A stretch of DNA of 64,000 bases, from IMG/VR virus record IMGVR_UViG_3300017716_001697, positions 192,001 to 256,000 of that record. One strand, 5' to 3'. The stretch is from a virus (lineage: Duplodnaviria > Caudoviricetes). The notes below the pieces were generated by a model that searched no databases, had not been told where the DNA came from, and was given only the letters and a program-made list of their open reading frames with translations. Both the position numbers and the translations under genes were made by a program. Of this stretch, positions 1-9,460 are shown one piece after another (positions within the stretch are counted from its first letter, which is position 1; each line of letters begins with the position of its first letter).

Positions 1-1
1 C

Positions 2-376
2 TTCGCTAAGGCAATCAACATTGCAGCAAAGGAACTGGGTGTAACTGTAAATGATTTCCTACACACAGACGCAGGTAAACTTACCGCTGCGCTGATTGTA
101 TGGAAAGTGGCCGGTGCTGCAATTTCACATATGTTGTACGGATTTATATTCCTTACAGTCGGTCTTACGTGCATTCGTGTATTGTATGTACGTCTATTCA
201 CTAATGAATATAAGGAAGTACCTTTTAGTCATCTGTTCGGGCTCTGGTCCGGGGTGAAACTGGTTCGTATTCCTAAAACAATTGGCCAGTTTCGGACAGA
301 CGGTGAATGGTTTGCATTCTGGGTTCTTATGCTTGCTACGATTGGCGTATTATGGATAGGTGGAGCATTCTTCTAA
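2..376 (+). CDS. Membrane protein, 5'-truncated by the window edge
   Basis: Frame open from base 2 (FAKAINIAAKELGV...) into track ORF 107..376; several hydrophobic segments. Confidence 0.7.
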   Translation, partial: FAKAINIAAKELGVTVNDFLHTDAGKLTAALIVWKVAGAAISHMLYGFIFLTVGLTCIRVLYVRLFTNEYKEVPFSHLFGLWSGVKLVRIPKTIGQFRTDGEWFAFWVLMLATIGVLWIGGAFF

Positions 377-380
377 TCAG

Positions 381-408
381 TTGACAATTACTGTAGTAAT
401 AGTATAAT
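381..408 (+). promoter_or_regulatory. sigma70-type early promoter
   Basis: TTGACA-N16-TATAAT. Confidence 0.75.
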
Positions 409-430
409 TAGGGTAACAGAGTTTGCCCTA

Positions 431-799
431 ATGCCATTTAAGGAGTTTATAATGGGTTCAGTAAAATATGAAAAATATCTGCAGACAGATATTGGACGCA
501 GCCTTATCAGTAAGCATACATGTGATGAAATAAGTCTGTGGAGAATTAGAAGTGAAGGTGACGTCGATTTTGGTGGCGTCGATTTAGGGATTGTTAATGG
601 TAAGCTAGACGATGTAATTGAATATGCTGTAAATCTGCCCGAATTTTGGTCCTGGGGTAGCGGTGGCTCAATAGACCCTTACGGCCCTATACCGACAATT
701 ACGGCCGCCAACAATGAAGCAAAAATTGCAAAGCAACGTGAGGTTGTAGAGCTAGAAAAACGGTTACTGATTGCAAAGGCAGAATTGGAGAACATGTGA
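431..799 (+). CDS. Hypothetical protein with C-terminal coiled coil
   Basis: 122-aa ORF directly after a promoter; start could be 452. Confidence 0.7.
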   Translation: MPFKEFIMGSVKYEKYLQTDIGRSLISKHTCDEISLWRIRSEGDVDFGGVDLGIVNGKLDDVIEYAVNLPEFWSWGSGGSIDPYGPIPTITAANNEAKIAKQREVVELEKRLLIAKAELENM

Positions 800-972
800 T
801 AATTCGTGTACCCAATGATAACTGTGGACCGGAAATTGATACATGGCTGGTTGCAAATGCAGGGTACGGTGGCTACAAAGAATGGCTCAATCCATTCGTT
901 AGACAGCCATACAGATGCTTCGAAATTTTTGATGAAGAACTTGCAATCATATTCAAACTTATGTGGTTATGA
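796..972 (+). CDS. Family A small protein (58 aa, absent from ORF track)
   Basis: GTG start overlapping the upstream TGA; ends FEIFDEELAIIFKLMWL. Confidence 0.8.
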   Translation: MIIRVPNDNCGPEIDTWLVANAGYGGYKEWLNPFVRQPYRCFEIFDEELAIIFKLMWL

Positions 973-1169
973 ATACAAGAGCCTACTATGCATTATACAA
1001 ATATCATGTACCGTATAAACGGACTAATGATTGGTATCCCACAGTATGGAGAGAATTGAGTGGGTGGTGTGATACTGCATTTGGAACCGGGCATTGGGAA
1101 TATTTTAATGAAAATTTTATGTTCGAAACCGAAGAACAGAAACTCTTATTTAAACTAAGGTGGTTGTAA
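969..1169 (+). CDS. Family A small protein
   Basis: Ends FETEEQKLLFKLRWL; ATGA overlap. Confidence 0.8.
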   Translation: MNTRAYYALYKYHVPYKRTNDWYPTVWRELSGWCDTAFGTGHWEYFNENFMFETEEQKLLFKLRWL

Positions 1170-1498
1170 TGGCACAAGAATTCGGATTCATTGGTTGGTG
1201 TAAAGAAGATAATCACGATAAGGTCTGGGGATACTTTTATCGCCCTACACCAGATGCAAGCACCTGGGCCCGTAAGAGTAGCGGCTGGAATTGCTGTGTT
1301 TTTTGGGCAAAGCGCGGTGCCGCTATGCGATTTAAAGCTGATGTTACCGGCTGGGAACTCGATAAGTTAGTTAATTCTAAACTTAAGAAAGGATACAGCA
1401 GAATTTATGAACCAAGGCTTTTCGAAATTTGGCCAACCTTTGTCGAAGAGGCAGAAGCTAAATTAATGTGGGACGTTCTTGCAGGAAAGATAAAATGA
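1169..1498 (+). CDS. WGR-like domain protein
   Basis: DKVW...FWAKRG...KLKKGY pattern resembles WGR domains. Confidence 0.5.
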   Translation: MAQEFGFIGWCKEDNHDKVWGYFYRPTPDASTWARKSSGWNCCVFWAKRGAAMRFKADVTGWELDKLVNSKLKKGYSRIYEPRLFEIWPTFVEEAEAKLMWDVLAGKIK

Positions 1499-1872
1499 AT
1501 GAGTTACAACTGTTTGGTAAGAAAGTGTTTGCTAGGATGAAAATGCGCCGCGGCAAAGAAAGTCTACGCACACGGCTTTGGTGGAGATTTATGCCCGGTA
1601 CCTACATACATATGAATTGGCCTACAGGCCCTGTAAATGTTAAAAATCCATGCGGAGAAATTTTCCTACACATGCCCGGTCCAGACTCAGCTGACCCAAA
1701 TGATCACTGGCGTGCATGGTTAGAACGAGAAGTAGGTAAACAGGGCATGGCGTGGGACTGGGAGGTTGGTTCAATAGGCGGGCCACAAACACATGGTCAG
1801 GATACCGTAGTGATTAAGTTTAGATTCGATAAAGGGAGTGTTGCAACAGCATTCAAACTAATATATGGATGA
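1495..1872 (+). CDS. Family A protein
   Basis: Ends FRFDKGSVATAFKLIYG. Confidence 0.7.
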   Translation: MNELQLFGKKVFARMKMRRGKESLRTRLWWRFMPGTYIHMNWPTGPVNVKNPCGEIFLHMPGPDSADPNDHWRAWLEREVGKQGMAWDWEVGSIGGPQTHGQDTVVIKFRFDKGSVATAFKLIYG

Positions 1873-2227
1873 AGAATTTAGAAAAATAATGCTCCCTATG
1901 ATTCGGAGGATAGCGCCTGCCCTAATTGCGCAAGATATGCTCGGTGTGCAGCCAATGGCGTATCCGACTAAATTATCGTATACTACTGGTGCAGATTATT
2001 CAATTGAAAATCCATTTGAAATAGAGTGGCACTGGGTCCAAACAAGATCGCCATTTATTTTCAGTCTAAAGTTTGGAAAGAAGCCACCACTCACCGATAT
2101 GGAAGACTGGTGTAACGAAGCGTTTGGCGCGGACCAGACAACATGGAAAACGCATCTGTCAAAATACTATTTTAAAGAAGAAGAAATGCGCACCATGTTT
2201 ATTCTAAGGTGGTCAAATGAGTTATAA
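1865..2227 (+). CDS. Family A protein with N-terminal gp23 (major capsid)-like peptide
   Basis: N-term IRRIAPALIAQDMLGVQPM; C-term YFKEEEMRTMFILRW. Confidence 0.75.
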   Translation: MDEEFRKIMLPMIRRIAPALIAQDMLGVQPMAYPTKLSYTTGADYSIENPFEIEWHWVQTRSPFIFSLKFGKKPPLTDMEDWCNEAFGADQTTWKTHLSKYYFKEEEMRTMFILRWSNEL

Positions 2228-2453
2228 ATTCGAATTAGAACATTCGTGGTCACATTGTCCAGTCTCGTGGAAAAACTTCATAAGTTCTTTGGATCATCAA
2301 CCAGGCGAAAATGGCGTAAGTATAGAAACCATAAATGGTGCATTGCAACCCTATGATGCTAATTACGTAAAGATGGGAGATATCAATGGTCCATATGTCG
2401 AGTTCAGAGACGAAGCTGACTTACTGATGTTTATACTGAAATATACTACTTAA
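2217..2453 (+). CDS. Family A small protein
   Basis: Ends VEFRDEADLLMFILKY. Confidence 0.8.
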   Translation: MSYKFELEHSWSHCPVSWKNFISSLDHQPGENGVSIETINGALQPYDANYVKMGDINGPYVEFRDEADLLMFILKYTT

Positions 2454-2470
2454 CAAATTACAGGATTTAT

Positions 2471-3118
2471 ATGCCACAAATTATCGCATGGCAATGTGCT
2501 AACACAAAAAAGGTGTTTGTTGAAAAAGATGATTACACTAAACATCTTCGTAAACTTGCTAATGAGCGTAGAAAAGACAAACGGTATGCAGACCTAAAGA
2601 CCAATTTTTATAATTGGCTTACAGCAGAAAAAGAGAATATTCATTCTGTTACTGAAATTGCATCCTGGGTGTTGCTAAATCAGAAGAAGTTGATGGACGC
2701 ATCTAATGCTCTTAAAATCGGAACATTCACCAATGACAAATATTTTGACGATGATGAATTTATAAAATTCATGTTAGTTGATATGCGTTACTCGCAATCT
2801 GTAAGTAACACTCATTCATGCCCACACAACGGTGTGCAGAACTGGCGTGGTGACACTAAATTAAAAGATGGGACACCTGCACCAAATGGTTATCCCGGAT
2901 GGGCCGGAAACATTAAAGGCGCATTGAGCCGCAACAAGAACAGAATGGGGTCTTATCCATATGACAACATACTAAAATTGATTAGACTACACACCGGCAC
3001 CGGTGGCGGCGGAAATGAAAGTTGGGGATACGATTGCAAGATTTTTCTTGCCGATTGGCCAGGACTCTCAAATCAAGTGTTATTTGACAAATTAAAGGGC
3101 GTAAAAATAACCAATTGA
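2471..3118 (+). CDS. Hypothetical phage protein
   Basis: 215-aa ORF in operon context. Confidence 0.75.
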   Translation: MPQIIAWQCANTKKVFVEKDDYTKHLRKLANERRKDKRYADLKTNFYNWLTAEKENIHSVTEIASWVLLNQKKLMDASNALKIGTFTNDKYFDDDEFIKFMLVDMRYSQSVSNTHSCPHNGVQNWRGDTKLKDGTPAPNGYPGWAGNIKGALSRNKNRMGSYPYDNILKLIRLHTGTGGGGNESWGYDCKIFLADWPGLSNQVLFDKLKGVKITN

Positions 3119-3183
3119 CGTTACCCTGGTATTAACATACAATACATACATAGCAACTTTTTAACAACTGGAGAAAACACACA

Positions 3184-4278
3184 ATGGCTACACTTGATAC
3201 TTCCCGCGTTGAACGTCCCCGTGATGTACGCACACTTTTGACACGCTGCATGAAGGTGGGTCGTCCTGCAATGATCTGGGGTCCTCCCGGCATTGGCAAG
3301 TCTGAACTGATTGCAGAAATTGGTTTGGAAACCGGGCGCCCTGTTATCGACATGCGTTTGCTGTTGTTGGAACCAACTGACATTAAGGGCATCCCATACT
3401 TCGACGTTGACACAAAGACAATGAAGTGGGCTCAACCTGCAGATTTGCCAACAGATACGCATCTGGCTGACGCAATCCTGTTCCTGGACGAAATTAACGC
3501 TGCCGCTCCTAGCGTGCAGGCTGCTGCGTATCAGTTGATTCTGAATCGCCGAGTTGGTGAATATCACCTGCCTAAGGGTGTTAGCATGGTGTGTGCAGGT
3601 AACCGTGACAGCGACAAGGGTGTTACATATCGTATGCCAAGCCCGCTGGCAAATCGTTTGGTGCACATCGAAATGACTGCTAACTTCGAAGACTGGCAGA
3701 AATGGGCGATCGGTGCAAAGATTCACGCAGACGTGGTTGGCTTCTTGTCGCACCACAAGCAAAAGCTGTTTAACTTCGACAGCAAGAGCCCAGACAAGGC
3801 ATTTGCTACACCGCGTAGCTGGGTGTTCGTTTCGCAACTGATTAGCGACGACATGCCAGAATCGATGAATACATCGCTGGTCGCTGGTACAGTTGGTGAT
3901 GGTCTGGCTACTGAGTTTGCATCGCACCGCAAGGTTGCATCTAAGATGCCTAAGTCGGAAGACGTGCTGTTGGGCAAGGAAAAGACGCTCAATGTCAAGG
4001 ACCTGAGTGCTATGTACTCGCTGACGATCTCTATGTGCTACACACTCCAAGAGTGGGTTGCAAAGGCTAAAGCCAAGGAAGATGGCTTCGACGTTAAGGC
4101 GTGGCACGAATGTGTCGACCGGTTCTTTGAATTCATGATGGACAACTTCCAGACTGAAATGATTGTGCTGGGTGCTAAGACTGCGCTGCGTGACTATCAG
4201 CTGCCAATCAACCATCGTGAACTGAAGAAGTTTAAGGCCTTCCACGACAAGTTCGGTAAGTACATCCTGGAAGATTAA
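3184..4278 (+). CDS. MoxR-like AAA+ ATPase
   Basis: Walker A GPPGIGKS, Walker B ILFLDEIN, AGNR sensor, PLANRL; RBS GGAGA. Confidence 0.93.
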   Translation: MATLDTSRVERPRDVRTLLTRCMKVGRPAMIWGPPGIGKSELIAEIGLETGRPVIDMRLLLLEPTDIKGIPYFDVDTKTMKWAQPADLPTDTHLADAILFLDEINAAAPSVQAAAYQLILNRRVGEYHLPKGVSMVCAGNRDSDKGVTYRMPSPLANRLVHIEMTANFEDWQKWAIGAKIHADVVGFLSHHKQKLFNFDSKSPDKAFATPRSWVFVSQLISDDMPESMNTSLVAGTVGDGLATEFASHRKVASKMPKSEDVLLGKEKTLNVKDLSAMYSLTISMCYTLQEWVAKAKAKEDGFDVKAWHECVDRFFEFMMDNFQTEMIVLGAKTALRDYQLPINHRELKKFKAFHDKFGKYILED

Positions 4279-4290
4279 TAACAGGCAACA

Positions 4291-4320
4291 ATAAAACCCG
4301 CCTGGTGCGGGTTTTATTTT
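4291..4320 (+). terminator. Intrinsic terminator
   Basis: ATAAAACCCGC/GCGGGTTTTAT stem plus T tract after the ATPase gene. Confidence 0.85.
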
Positions 4321-4339
4321 GGTTTAAATTAAGGTAGAT

Positions 4340-4603
4340 ATGAGTTTTGATTTTGGATCGATGCCAACAAAATTCCTTAACCTAACAGGTAGAACGTGGA
4401 ATTATAGTGGCAATAACGATATAAACGGACTGGCTAGACTGACTACTGAAGTAGTTGTCAATATACCGATAGCGGACGTAGCATTTCTCTCAATAAGAGA
4501 TTGGTGCCAGGATAATTTTGGTGACGACTGGATTTATAATTGGAATGAATTCTACTTTAAGCATAAAGAAGATGCACTACTGTTTAGGCTAAGATATCCA
4601 TGA
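4340..4603 (+). CDS. Family A small protein
   Basis: Ends FYFKHKEDALLFRLRYP. Confidence 0.8.
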   Translation: MSFDFGSMPTKFLNLTGRTWNYSGNNDINGLARLTTEVVVNIPIADVAFLSIRDWCQDNFGDDWIYNWNEFYFKHKEDALLFRLRYP

Positions 4604-4830
4604 AATATATAATCACAACAGGTGATGTCGAAGGAAGAGCACACCATTGGTTTGCTGTGTTCCTGGCATACGCATATGATCATACTATAGATGGTGATTA
4701 CAATCTTCAACATCTTCTCGATCGTCATATTTCTAATGCAACATTATCTGTTGACTATTTTAAGATCGGCGACTCGATTGAATTTAAGTCCGAAGCTGAC
4801 TTCTTGGTATTTAAACTAAAATGGTCATAA
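4600..4830 (+). CDS. Family A small protein
   Basis: Ends IEFKSEADFLVFKLKWS. Confidence 0.85.
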   Translation: MKYIITTGDVEGRAHHWFAVFLAYAYDHTIDGDYNLQHLLDRHISNATLSVDYFKIGDSIEFKSEADFLVFKLKWS

Positions 4831-5042
4831 AGTTTGATCAGGCTGTGACTGATTTGCAGAACAAGTTCTGGATGCAGCCAGTTGATGCATATATATGGGC
4901 AGAGATTAAAAGATTATTGCAAGAAGATTATCCAGGTGAATATGACGTTAACTTGGGATATGATCAGCATGATTATCTACACATTAGTATTGACTTCGGA
5001 AGCCCAGAATATGAAACATACTTTAGGTTAAAATACTCATGA
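4821..5042 (+). CDS. Family A small protein
   Basis: Ends IDFGSPEYETYFRLKYS. Confidence 0.8.
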   Translation: MVIKFDQAVTDLQNKFWMQPVDAYIWAEIKRLLQEDYPGEYDVNLGYDQHDYLHISIDFGSPEYETYFRLKYS

Positions 5043-5242
5043 TATCATTCAAATACCCTAATGGCCCGTACACACTTCTGTGGCAAGCATATGTTGATGC
5101 TGGCTGGGCAAAAGACGGATTTAAGGGGTTTACTTCTAGACTAATCCCATACGCTACAGTAGAGGGCACAACACAAAAGGGTCTGATCCTGCATTTCGAC
5201 AATGAAGAAGATTTCATTGCATTTAAATTGGGGTGGCTATGA
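5039..5242 (+). CDS. Family A small protein
   Basis: Ends LHFDNEEDFIAFKLGWL. Confidence 0.85.
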   Translation: MISFKYPNGPYTLLWQAYVDAGWAKDGFKGFTSRLIPYATVEGTTQKGLILHFDNEEDFIAFKLGWL

Positions 5243-5511
5243 GACCAGATTATGTTGTCATGTTAGATTTCAGGTCCAGGGCCGATGATGAAGAAAAAAG
5301 CAAATGGTGCATGAAAAATGTAGGGAAACCATTTACTGTAGTCGATCATCCGTACGAGGGTGTGCCATACGGATTTAATTATGAAAACGATGACGGTAAA
5401 TGGTGTGCATATGTTAATAACACATATGTCTATGGACCCGAGCGGCCAGTTAATACATGGTGTTTTGTTGATAGCATCGATGCAGATGCCTTTAAACTGA
5501 GGTGGATATGA
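5239..5511 (+). CDS. Family A small protein
   Basis: Ends WCFVDSIDADAFKLRWI. Confidence 0.8.
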   Translation: MRPDYVVMLDFRSRADDEEKSKWCMKNVGKPFTVVDHPYEGVPYGFNYENDDGKWCAYVNNTYVYGPERPVNTWCFVDSIDADAFKLRWI

Positions 5512-5732
5512 GATCTCACGAAAAGGTGCAATGTGTATACCTAGACGAGGTATTCTACGCAATAGAAGATCTAGGGTGGCAAGGTGTATTTCTTAAATAC
5601 ATGGATTATAAATTTAACAAATTGGTTGCATGGCTGAATGACAACTGTGTCGACCGTGTAGTATTTCATGCCGCAGGATTTGCATTCGAAAACAAAGAGG
5701 ATGCGATATTCTTTAAACTAAAGTGGGCTTGA
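5508..5732 (+). CDS. Family A small protein
   Basis: Ends FAFENKEDAIFFKLKWA. Confidence 0.85.
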   Translation: MRSHEKVQCVYLDEVFYAIEDLGWQGVFLKYMDYKFNKLVAWLNDNCVDRVVFHAAGFAFENKEDAIFFKLKWA

Positions 5733-5757
5733 CACCTGACATCGATTAGTATATAAT
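5729..5757 (+). promoter_or_regulatory. sigma70-type early promoter
   Basis: TTGACA-N17-TATAAT. Confidence 0.8.
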
Positions 5758-5763
5758 ATAAGA

Positions 5764-6003
5764 ATGTCAAGATATACACTAAAAACTTTTTGCAATGATA
5801 AGGTGCTAGAGGTGTTCGAACATCGCAACCCGTCTAAACTCCGGGTAATCTTATCACACGATAGATTCCATCATGCAGGTAAAACAGGCCCATTTGGGGA
5901 ACCATCGGCCCATCCAGACAAATTTATTATTGTTGATTCTCAACGATACAGGCTATTCGAAGGCAGCATTGTCGACGCAATAGCATTCTTAAAGAAATTG
6001 TAA
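5764..6003 (+). CDS. Hypothetical protein
   Basis: 79-aa ORF just after a promoter (near-leaderless). Confidence 0.65.
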   Translation: MSRYTLKTFCNDKVLEVFEHRNPSKLRVILSHDRFHHAGKTGPFGEPSAHPDKFIIVDSQRYRLFEGSIVDAIAFLKKL

Positions 6004-6015
6004 ATAAGGTAAACT

Positions 6016-6192
6016 ATGGAAGATATTGACAAGACACATGCTATCTTGGTACACGGATTATGTGAAAGATGTAATATAGAACCGGGGACAGATGTGCATA
6101 CATGCCCGTACTCCGAAGAAATAAATGGTGACTACCTCTCTGAGTGCAATTGTTGTAATGATTGCTGTGGGCAATGTTCAGACGACATTTGA
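6016..6192 (+). CDS. Small Cys-rich metal-binding protein (58 aa, absent from ORF track)
   Basis: CERC...HTCPY...CNCCNDCCGQC; RBS AAGG. Confidence 0.7.
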   Translation: MEDIDKTHAILVHGLCERCNIEPGTDVHTCPYSEEINGDYLSECNCCNDCCGQCSDDI

Positions 6193-6201
6193 ATTTAGTA
6201 G

Positions 6202-6230
6202 TTGACTAACCATCAGCATTGTATTATAAT
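6202..6230 (+). promoter_or_regulatory. sigma70-type early promoter
   Basis: TTGACT-N17-TATAAT. Confidence 0.75.
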
Positions 6231-6253
6231 TACTGTAACACATAGGAGTTTAC

Positions 6254-7453
6254 ATGGCAGACAACAGTCCAGAAGCAGTACTAGAACAACTTACACGAGC
6301 ACGAATTTCGTTGTTGCTCCAACAACCATTTTGGGGCACATTGGCCACACGTCTTATTCTGCGTGACAAGACCGACGACGAATGGTGCAAGACCGCAGCA
6401 ACTGATGGTCGCTATTTTTACTACAATCGCGATTTCATTTCTAAGCTGAACAAGCAGGAATGTATTTTCTTGATGGCACACGAAGTTGAGCATTGCGTGT
6501 ATGATCACATGGATCGTCGTGGTAGCCGCAAGCCTAAATTGTGGAATGCAGCCGCAGACTATGTTATCAACTGGGAGTTGCACGAACATAACATCGGCAA
6601 ATTGCCAGACGCAAAGACATCCGGTGTGCAGGCATGTTTTGATCCAAAGTACAAAGGCATGTTTGCTGAAGAAGTGTACGAATTGTTGATGCAAGACCCG
6701 GACAAACAATATCCGGAATTTGATATTCACCTCGAACCAGGTGATGGCAAGGGCGAACCTATGTCGTCCGAAGAACAACGTGTACTCAGCGACGAAATTC
6801 GTAATGCTGTTATGCAAGCCGCTAAAGGCGCATCCGGTGGTAATGTACCGGCTGGTGTAAAGCGCATGTTGAAGGACTTAACTGATCCACAGATGGATTG
6901 GCGCGAAATCTTGAACATGAAATTGCAGTCCATGGTTAAGTCTGATTTTACATGGGAGCGTTGCTCGCGTAAAATGCAAGCAAGCGGTATCTATCTGCCA
7001 GCAACCAAGAATGATTTCAAGGTTAAAGCAGCAGTGGCAATCGATTGTTCCGGGTCAATGGGCGACGATATGTTGCGTGATTTGCTGTCTGAAACCAAAG
7101 GCATTATGCAACAGTTTATGGACTTTGAACTCGAAGTGTGGTGCTTTGATACAAAGGTGTATAGTTACGAAAAATATACACCAGACAACCTCGATGACAT
7201 TGACAGTTACGAAATCAAGGGTGGTGGCGGCACTGACTTTGTGTGTAACTTCGACTTCATGAAAGAGAAGGGTATCGAACCAGAACGCTTCATTATGATG
7301 ACAGACGGTTATCCATGTGGTAGCTGGGGTGATGAAAATTACTGCGATACGTTGTTCCTGATTCACGGTGATCCTGGTCGCAGGTTAGTAGCACCGTTTG
7401 GTATGACAGCATGGTACGAGCCAGATAGTCATTCTCCTGGTAAGAAAAAATAA
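6254..7453 (+). CDS. VWA-like domain metallopeptidase (DUF2201-type), MoxR partner
   Basis: AHEVEH zinc motif; C-terminal MIDAS DCSGSM, GGGGTDF, MTDGY; RBS AGGAG. Confidence 0.9.
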   Translation: MADNSPEAVLEQLTRARISLLLQQPFWGTLATRLILRDKTDDEWCKTAATDGRYFYYNRDFISKLNKQECIFLMAHEVEHCVYDHMDRRGSRKPKLWNAAADYVINWELHEHNIGKLPDAKTSGVQACFDPKYKGMFAEEVYELLMQDPDKQYPEFDIHLEPGDGKGEPMSSEEQRVLSDEIRNAVMQAAKGASGGNVPAGVKRMLKDLTDPQMDWREILNMKLQSMVKSDFTWERCSRKMQASGIYLPATKNDFKVKAAVAIDCSGSMGDDMLRDLLSETKGIMQQFMDFELEVWCFDTKVYSYEKYTPDNLDDIDSYEIKGGGGTDFVCNFDFMKEKGIEPERFIMMTDGYPCGSWGDENYCDTLFLIHGDPGRRLVAPFGMTAWYEPDSHSPGKKK

Positions 7454-7461
7454 GGACTAAT

Positions 7462-7704
7462 ATGAAGAAAGTATTATTGGCACTAGTTGCCGTGGCAATG
7501 TTAGCTGGATGTACACAGCGCACCGAACACGGTGCATGCATTGGTGTCACTGAAGATAAAGATCCTGCACTTACATACAAGGTAAGTGCGTGGAATGTAT
7601 TCTTAGGTATTATCTTTGTCGAGACAATTATTGTGCCGTTGGTTGTGGTATTTGATAATATTCAATGCCCATCCGGCAAGAAAATGTCTGCACCGAAGGA
7701 GTAA
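7462..7704 (+). CDS. Lipoprotein
   Basis: Lipobox LAGC after signal peptide, plus a second hydrophobic helix. Confidence 0.75.
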   Translation: MKKVLLALVAVAMLAGCTQRTEHGACIGVTEDKDPALTYKVSAWNVFLGIIFVETIIVPLVVVFDNIQCPSGKKMSAPKE

Positions 7705-7705
7705 G

Positions 7706-7984
7706 ATGAATATATTGTTACCAGTTGACGATCAATTTATTGAGCATGTAGCCAAGGCTGTAGGAAAAGATCGTTTGCACAGGGAGGCAGCGGAAATTCT
7801 ACAGGAGGCTGCTGGGCTCGATATTAATGCCACACCGGCACTTGATGCTAAATTTGATCGTGAATTTGACCGTCTGTGGAAGAGTGACGAAGAAGAGTGC
7901 GTGTGGAATAGAGAACATTACAGGGCCGATGCACGTGCCGCTGTCAACCACATTAATTTTCTTTTACTGACAATGATGACTTGA
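7706..7984 (+). CDS. Hypothetical protein
   Basis: ATG 2 nt after the upstream stop; RBS AAGGAG. Confidence 0.7.
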   Translation: MNILLPVDDQFIEHVAKAVGKDRLHREAAEILQEAAGLDINATPALDAKFDREFDRLWKSDEEECVWNREHYRADARAAVNHINFLLLTMMT

Positions 7985-8009
7985 GGATAAATACATTAAG
8001 GGCAACTTA

Positions 8010-8279
8010 ATGTATCAAACATCACTCTTCTTTAAATTAAAAGATTCGGTTACTTTAGAAAAACATCGGATACTCGAGATATTTTTTAAATCTTGGGTAG
8101 ACGATGTTTGCAACAATGATGTAGATTACACATTAGTGGATGTTTCAGAGGCGCCGCCTGGATCTTTTCAGTGGGAAGAAACATACCGGGTAGACTTCGA
8201 ATATCTAGAAGATGCTTTAGCATTAAAACTCAGAGATGTTCCTTTAGAATTCAAAAGTTATATAGAAATGGTCCATTAG
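8010..8279 (+). CDS. Family A-like small protein
   Basis: VDFEYLEDALALKLR; late-type GATAAATA box upstream. Confidence 0.7.
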   Translation: MYQTSLFFKLKDSVTLEKHRILEIFFKSWVDDVCNNDVDYTLVDVSEAPPGSFQWEETYRVDFEYLEDALALKLRDVPLEFKSYIEMVH

Positions 8280-8285
8280 GACTGC

Positions 8286-8314
8286 TTGACATACCTTGTT
8301 ATACAGTATATAAT
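8286..8314 (+). promoter_or_regulatory. sigma70-type early promoter
   Basis: TTGACA-N17-TATAAT. Confidence 0.8.
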
Positions 8315-8358
8315 GTAGGTACGGATTATAAATCCAAAACAAATAAACATAAATTATC

Positions 8359-8967
8359 ATGGCTGATTGCTTATTACTCAACGCTGACGGAATGCCGTTA
8401 TCCCTTGTCCCACTATCTGTGGTAGACTGGACTGTAGCCATGCGTCTGTTGTTTACAGACAAGGTTAAGGTACTTAAAAGCTACGATGATTGGATTGTAA
8501 GATCACAGCATCTGGAAATGCCGGTACCGTCAATCATCATTATGAGTGAACAAGTCAAGTGGACAAAGACGCTGAAGTACAGCAGAACAAACGTCTATTT
8601 ACGTGATGATTTCACCTGTCAGTTGCAGATCACTAGCAGATGCCGTGACAGGCACGGCAAGTCACATATCGACGAATTAACACTCGATCACGTGGTACCG
8701 AGATCGCACGGTGGTAAGACCGTGTGGAATAACGTCACTACATGCTGCAAGGCATGCAATGGTGAAAAAGGTGACGATAAGACTATTGTGCCAAAGAAGG
8801 TACCAGTCAAACCGACCTATTACCAGATTCTTGCAAAGCGTAAGACTTTACCTATTCATATTAAAGATGAAGATTGGAAATTTTACATACAGTGGCCGGA
8901 ACATTTGGTTAAGGTTGTGCCGCACATGCAGGGCACAAAACCAAAACCATTAACTGATGATGAATAA
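8359..8967 (+). CDS. HNH endonuclease (McrA/HNH_5-like)
   Basis: RDDFTCQ...C...LTLDHVVPRSHGG...WNNVTTCCKACNGEKG. Confidence 0.9.
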   Translation: MADCLLLNADGMPLSLVPLSVVDWTVAMRLLFTDKVKVLKSYDDWIVRSQHLEMPVPSIIIMSEQVKWTKTLKYSRTNVYLRDDFTCQLQITSRCRDRHGKSHIDELTLDHVVPRSHGGKTVWNNVTTCCKACNGEKGDDKTIVPKKVPVKPTYYQILAKRKTLPIHIKDEDWKFYIQWPEHLVKVVPHMQGTKPKPLTDDE

Positions 8968-8995
8968 ACAAAAGGGCTATATGCCCTTTTGTTTT
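8967..8995 (+). terminator. Intrinsic terminator
   Basis: AACAAAAGGGC/GCCCTTTTGTT stem. Confidence 0.75.
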
Positions 8996-9116
8996 GGCCG
9001 TTTTCTGCATACTTAATGGTTAAAATGTCCAATAAAAGGCCGTATTTTTGTGTACGATGGTAAATAATATTAGCATTTAAACATGTTAACAAACCATTTT
9101 TATACGGAGAATTACA

Positions 9117-9416
9117 ATGGCAAAACCAAACAAGAAACAAGTATCGGCACCAGTTGCAGCACCAGTGACAGAGGCCACAGAGGCACCAACTACTACGCTA
9201 GAACCAGTGCAATTAACAATTGCTGATCTACAGTTGTTGGCTCGCATCATTGACCTAGCTTCGCGTCGTGGCGCATTCCAGGCCGGCGAATTGTCGCAAG
9301 TCGGTGATACATACAACAAGCTGTCTAGCTTCCTTACTTATGTTGAAAGCACACAGGCTAAAGATGCAGCTACTGAAGAAGCTGAATCACCAGCGGTTAC
9401 CGAAACAGCAGCATAA
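9117..9416 (+). CDS. Hypothetical phage protein (acidic, helical)
   Basis: RBS GGAGA; LTIADL...ASRRGAFQAGEL core. Confidence 0.8.
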   Translation: MAKPNKKQVSAPVAAPVTEATEAPTTTLEPVQLTIADLQLLARIIDLASRRGAFQAGELSQVGDTYNKLSSFLTYVESTQAKDAATEEAESPAVTETAA

Positions 9417-9421
9417 ACATC

Positions 9422-9445
9422 GGGGGTATTATCCCCCTTTGTTTT
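9422..9445 (+). terminator. Intrinsic terminator
   Basis: GGGGGT/ATCCCCC stem plus T tract. Confidence 0.7.
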
Positions 9446-9460
9446 CTTAAGGAAAATATC

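Noticed and set aside
806-1018. 70-aa track ORF
   Set aside because: The overlapping frame 796..972 encodes a clear family A protein with coupled start and stop.
3121-4245. 374-aa minus-strand ORF
   Set aside because: Antisense shadow of the MoxR gene caused by its codon bias; no RBS or motifs. The same applies to the shadows at 6281..6817, 32794..33414 and 43767..44207.
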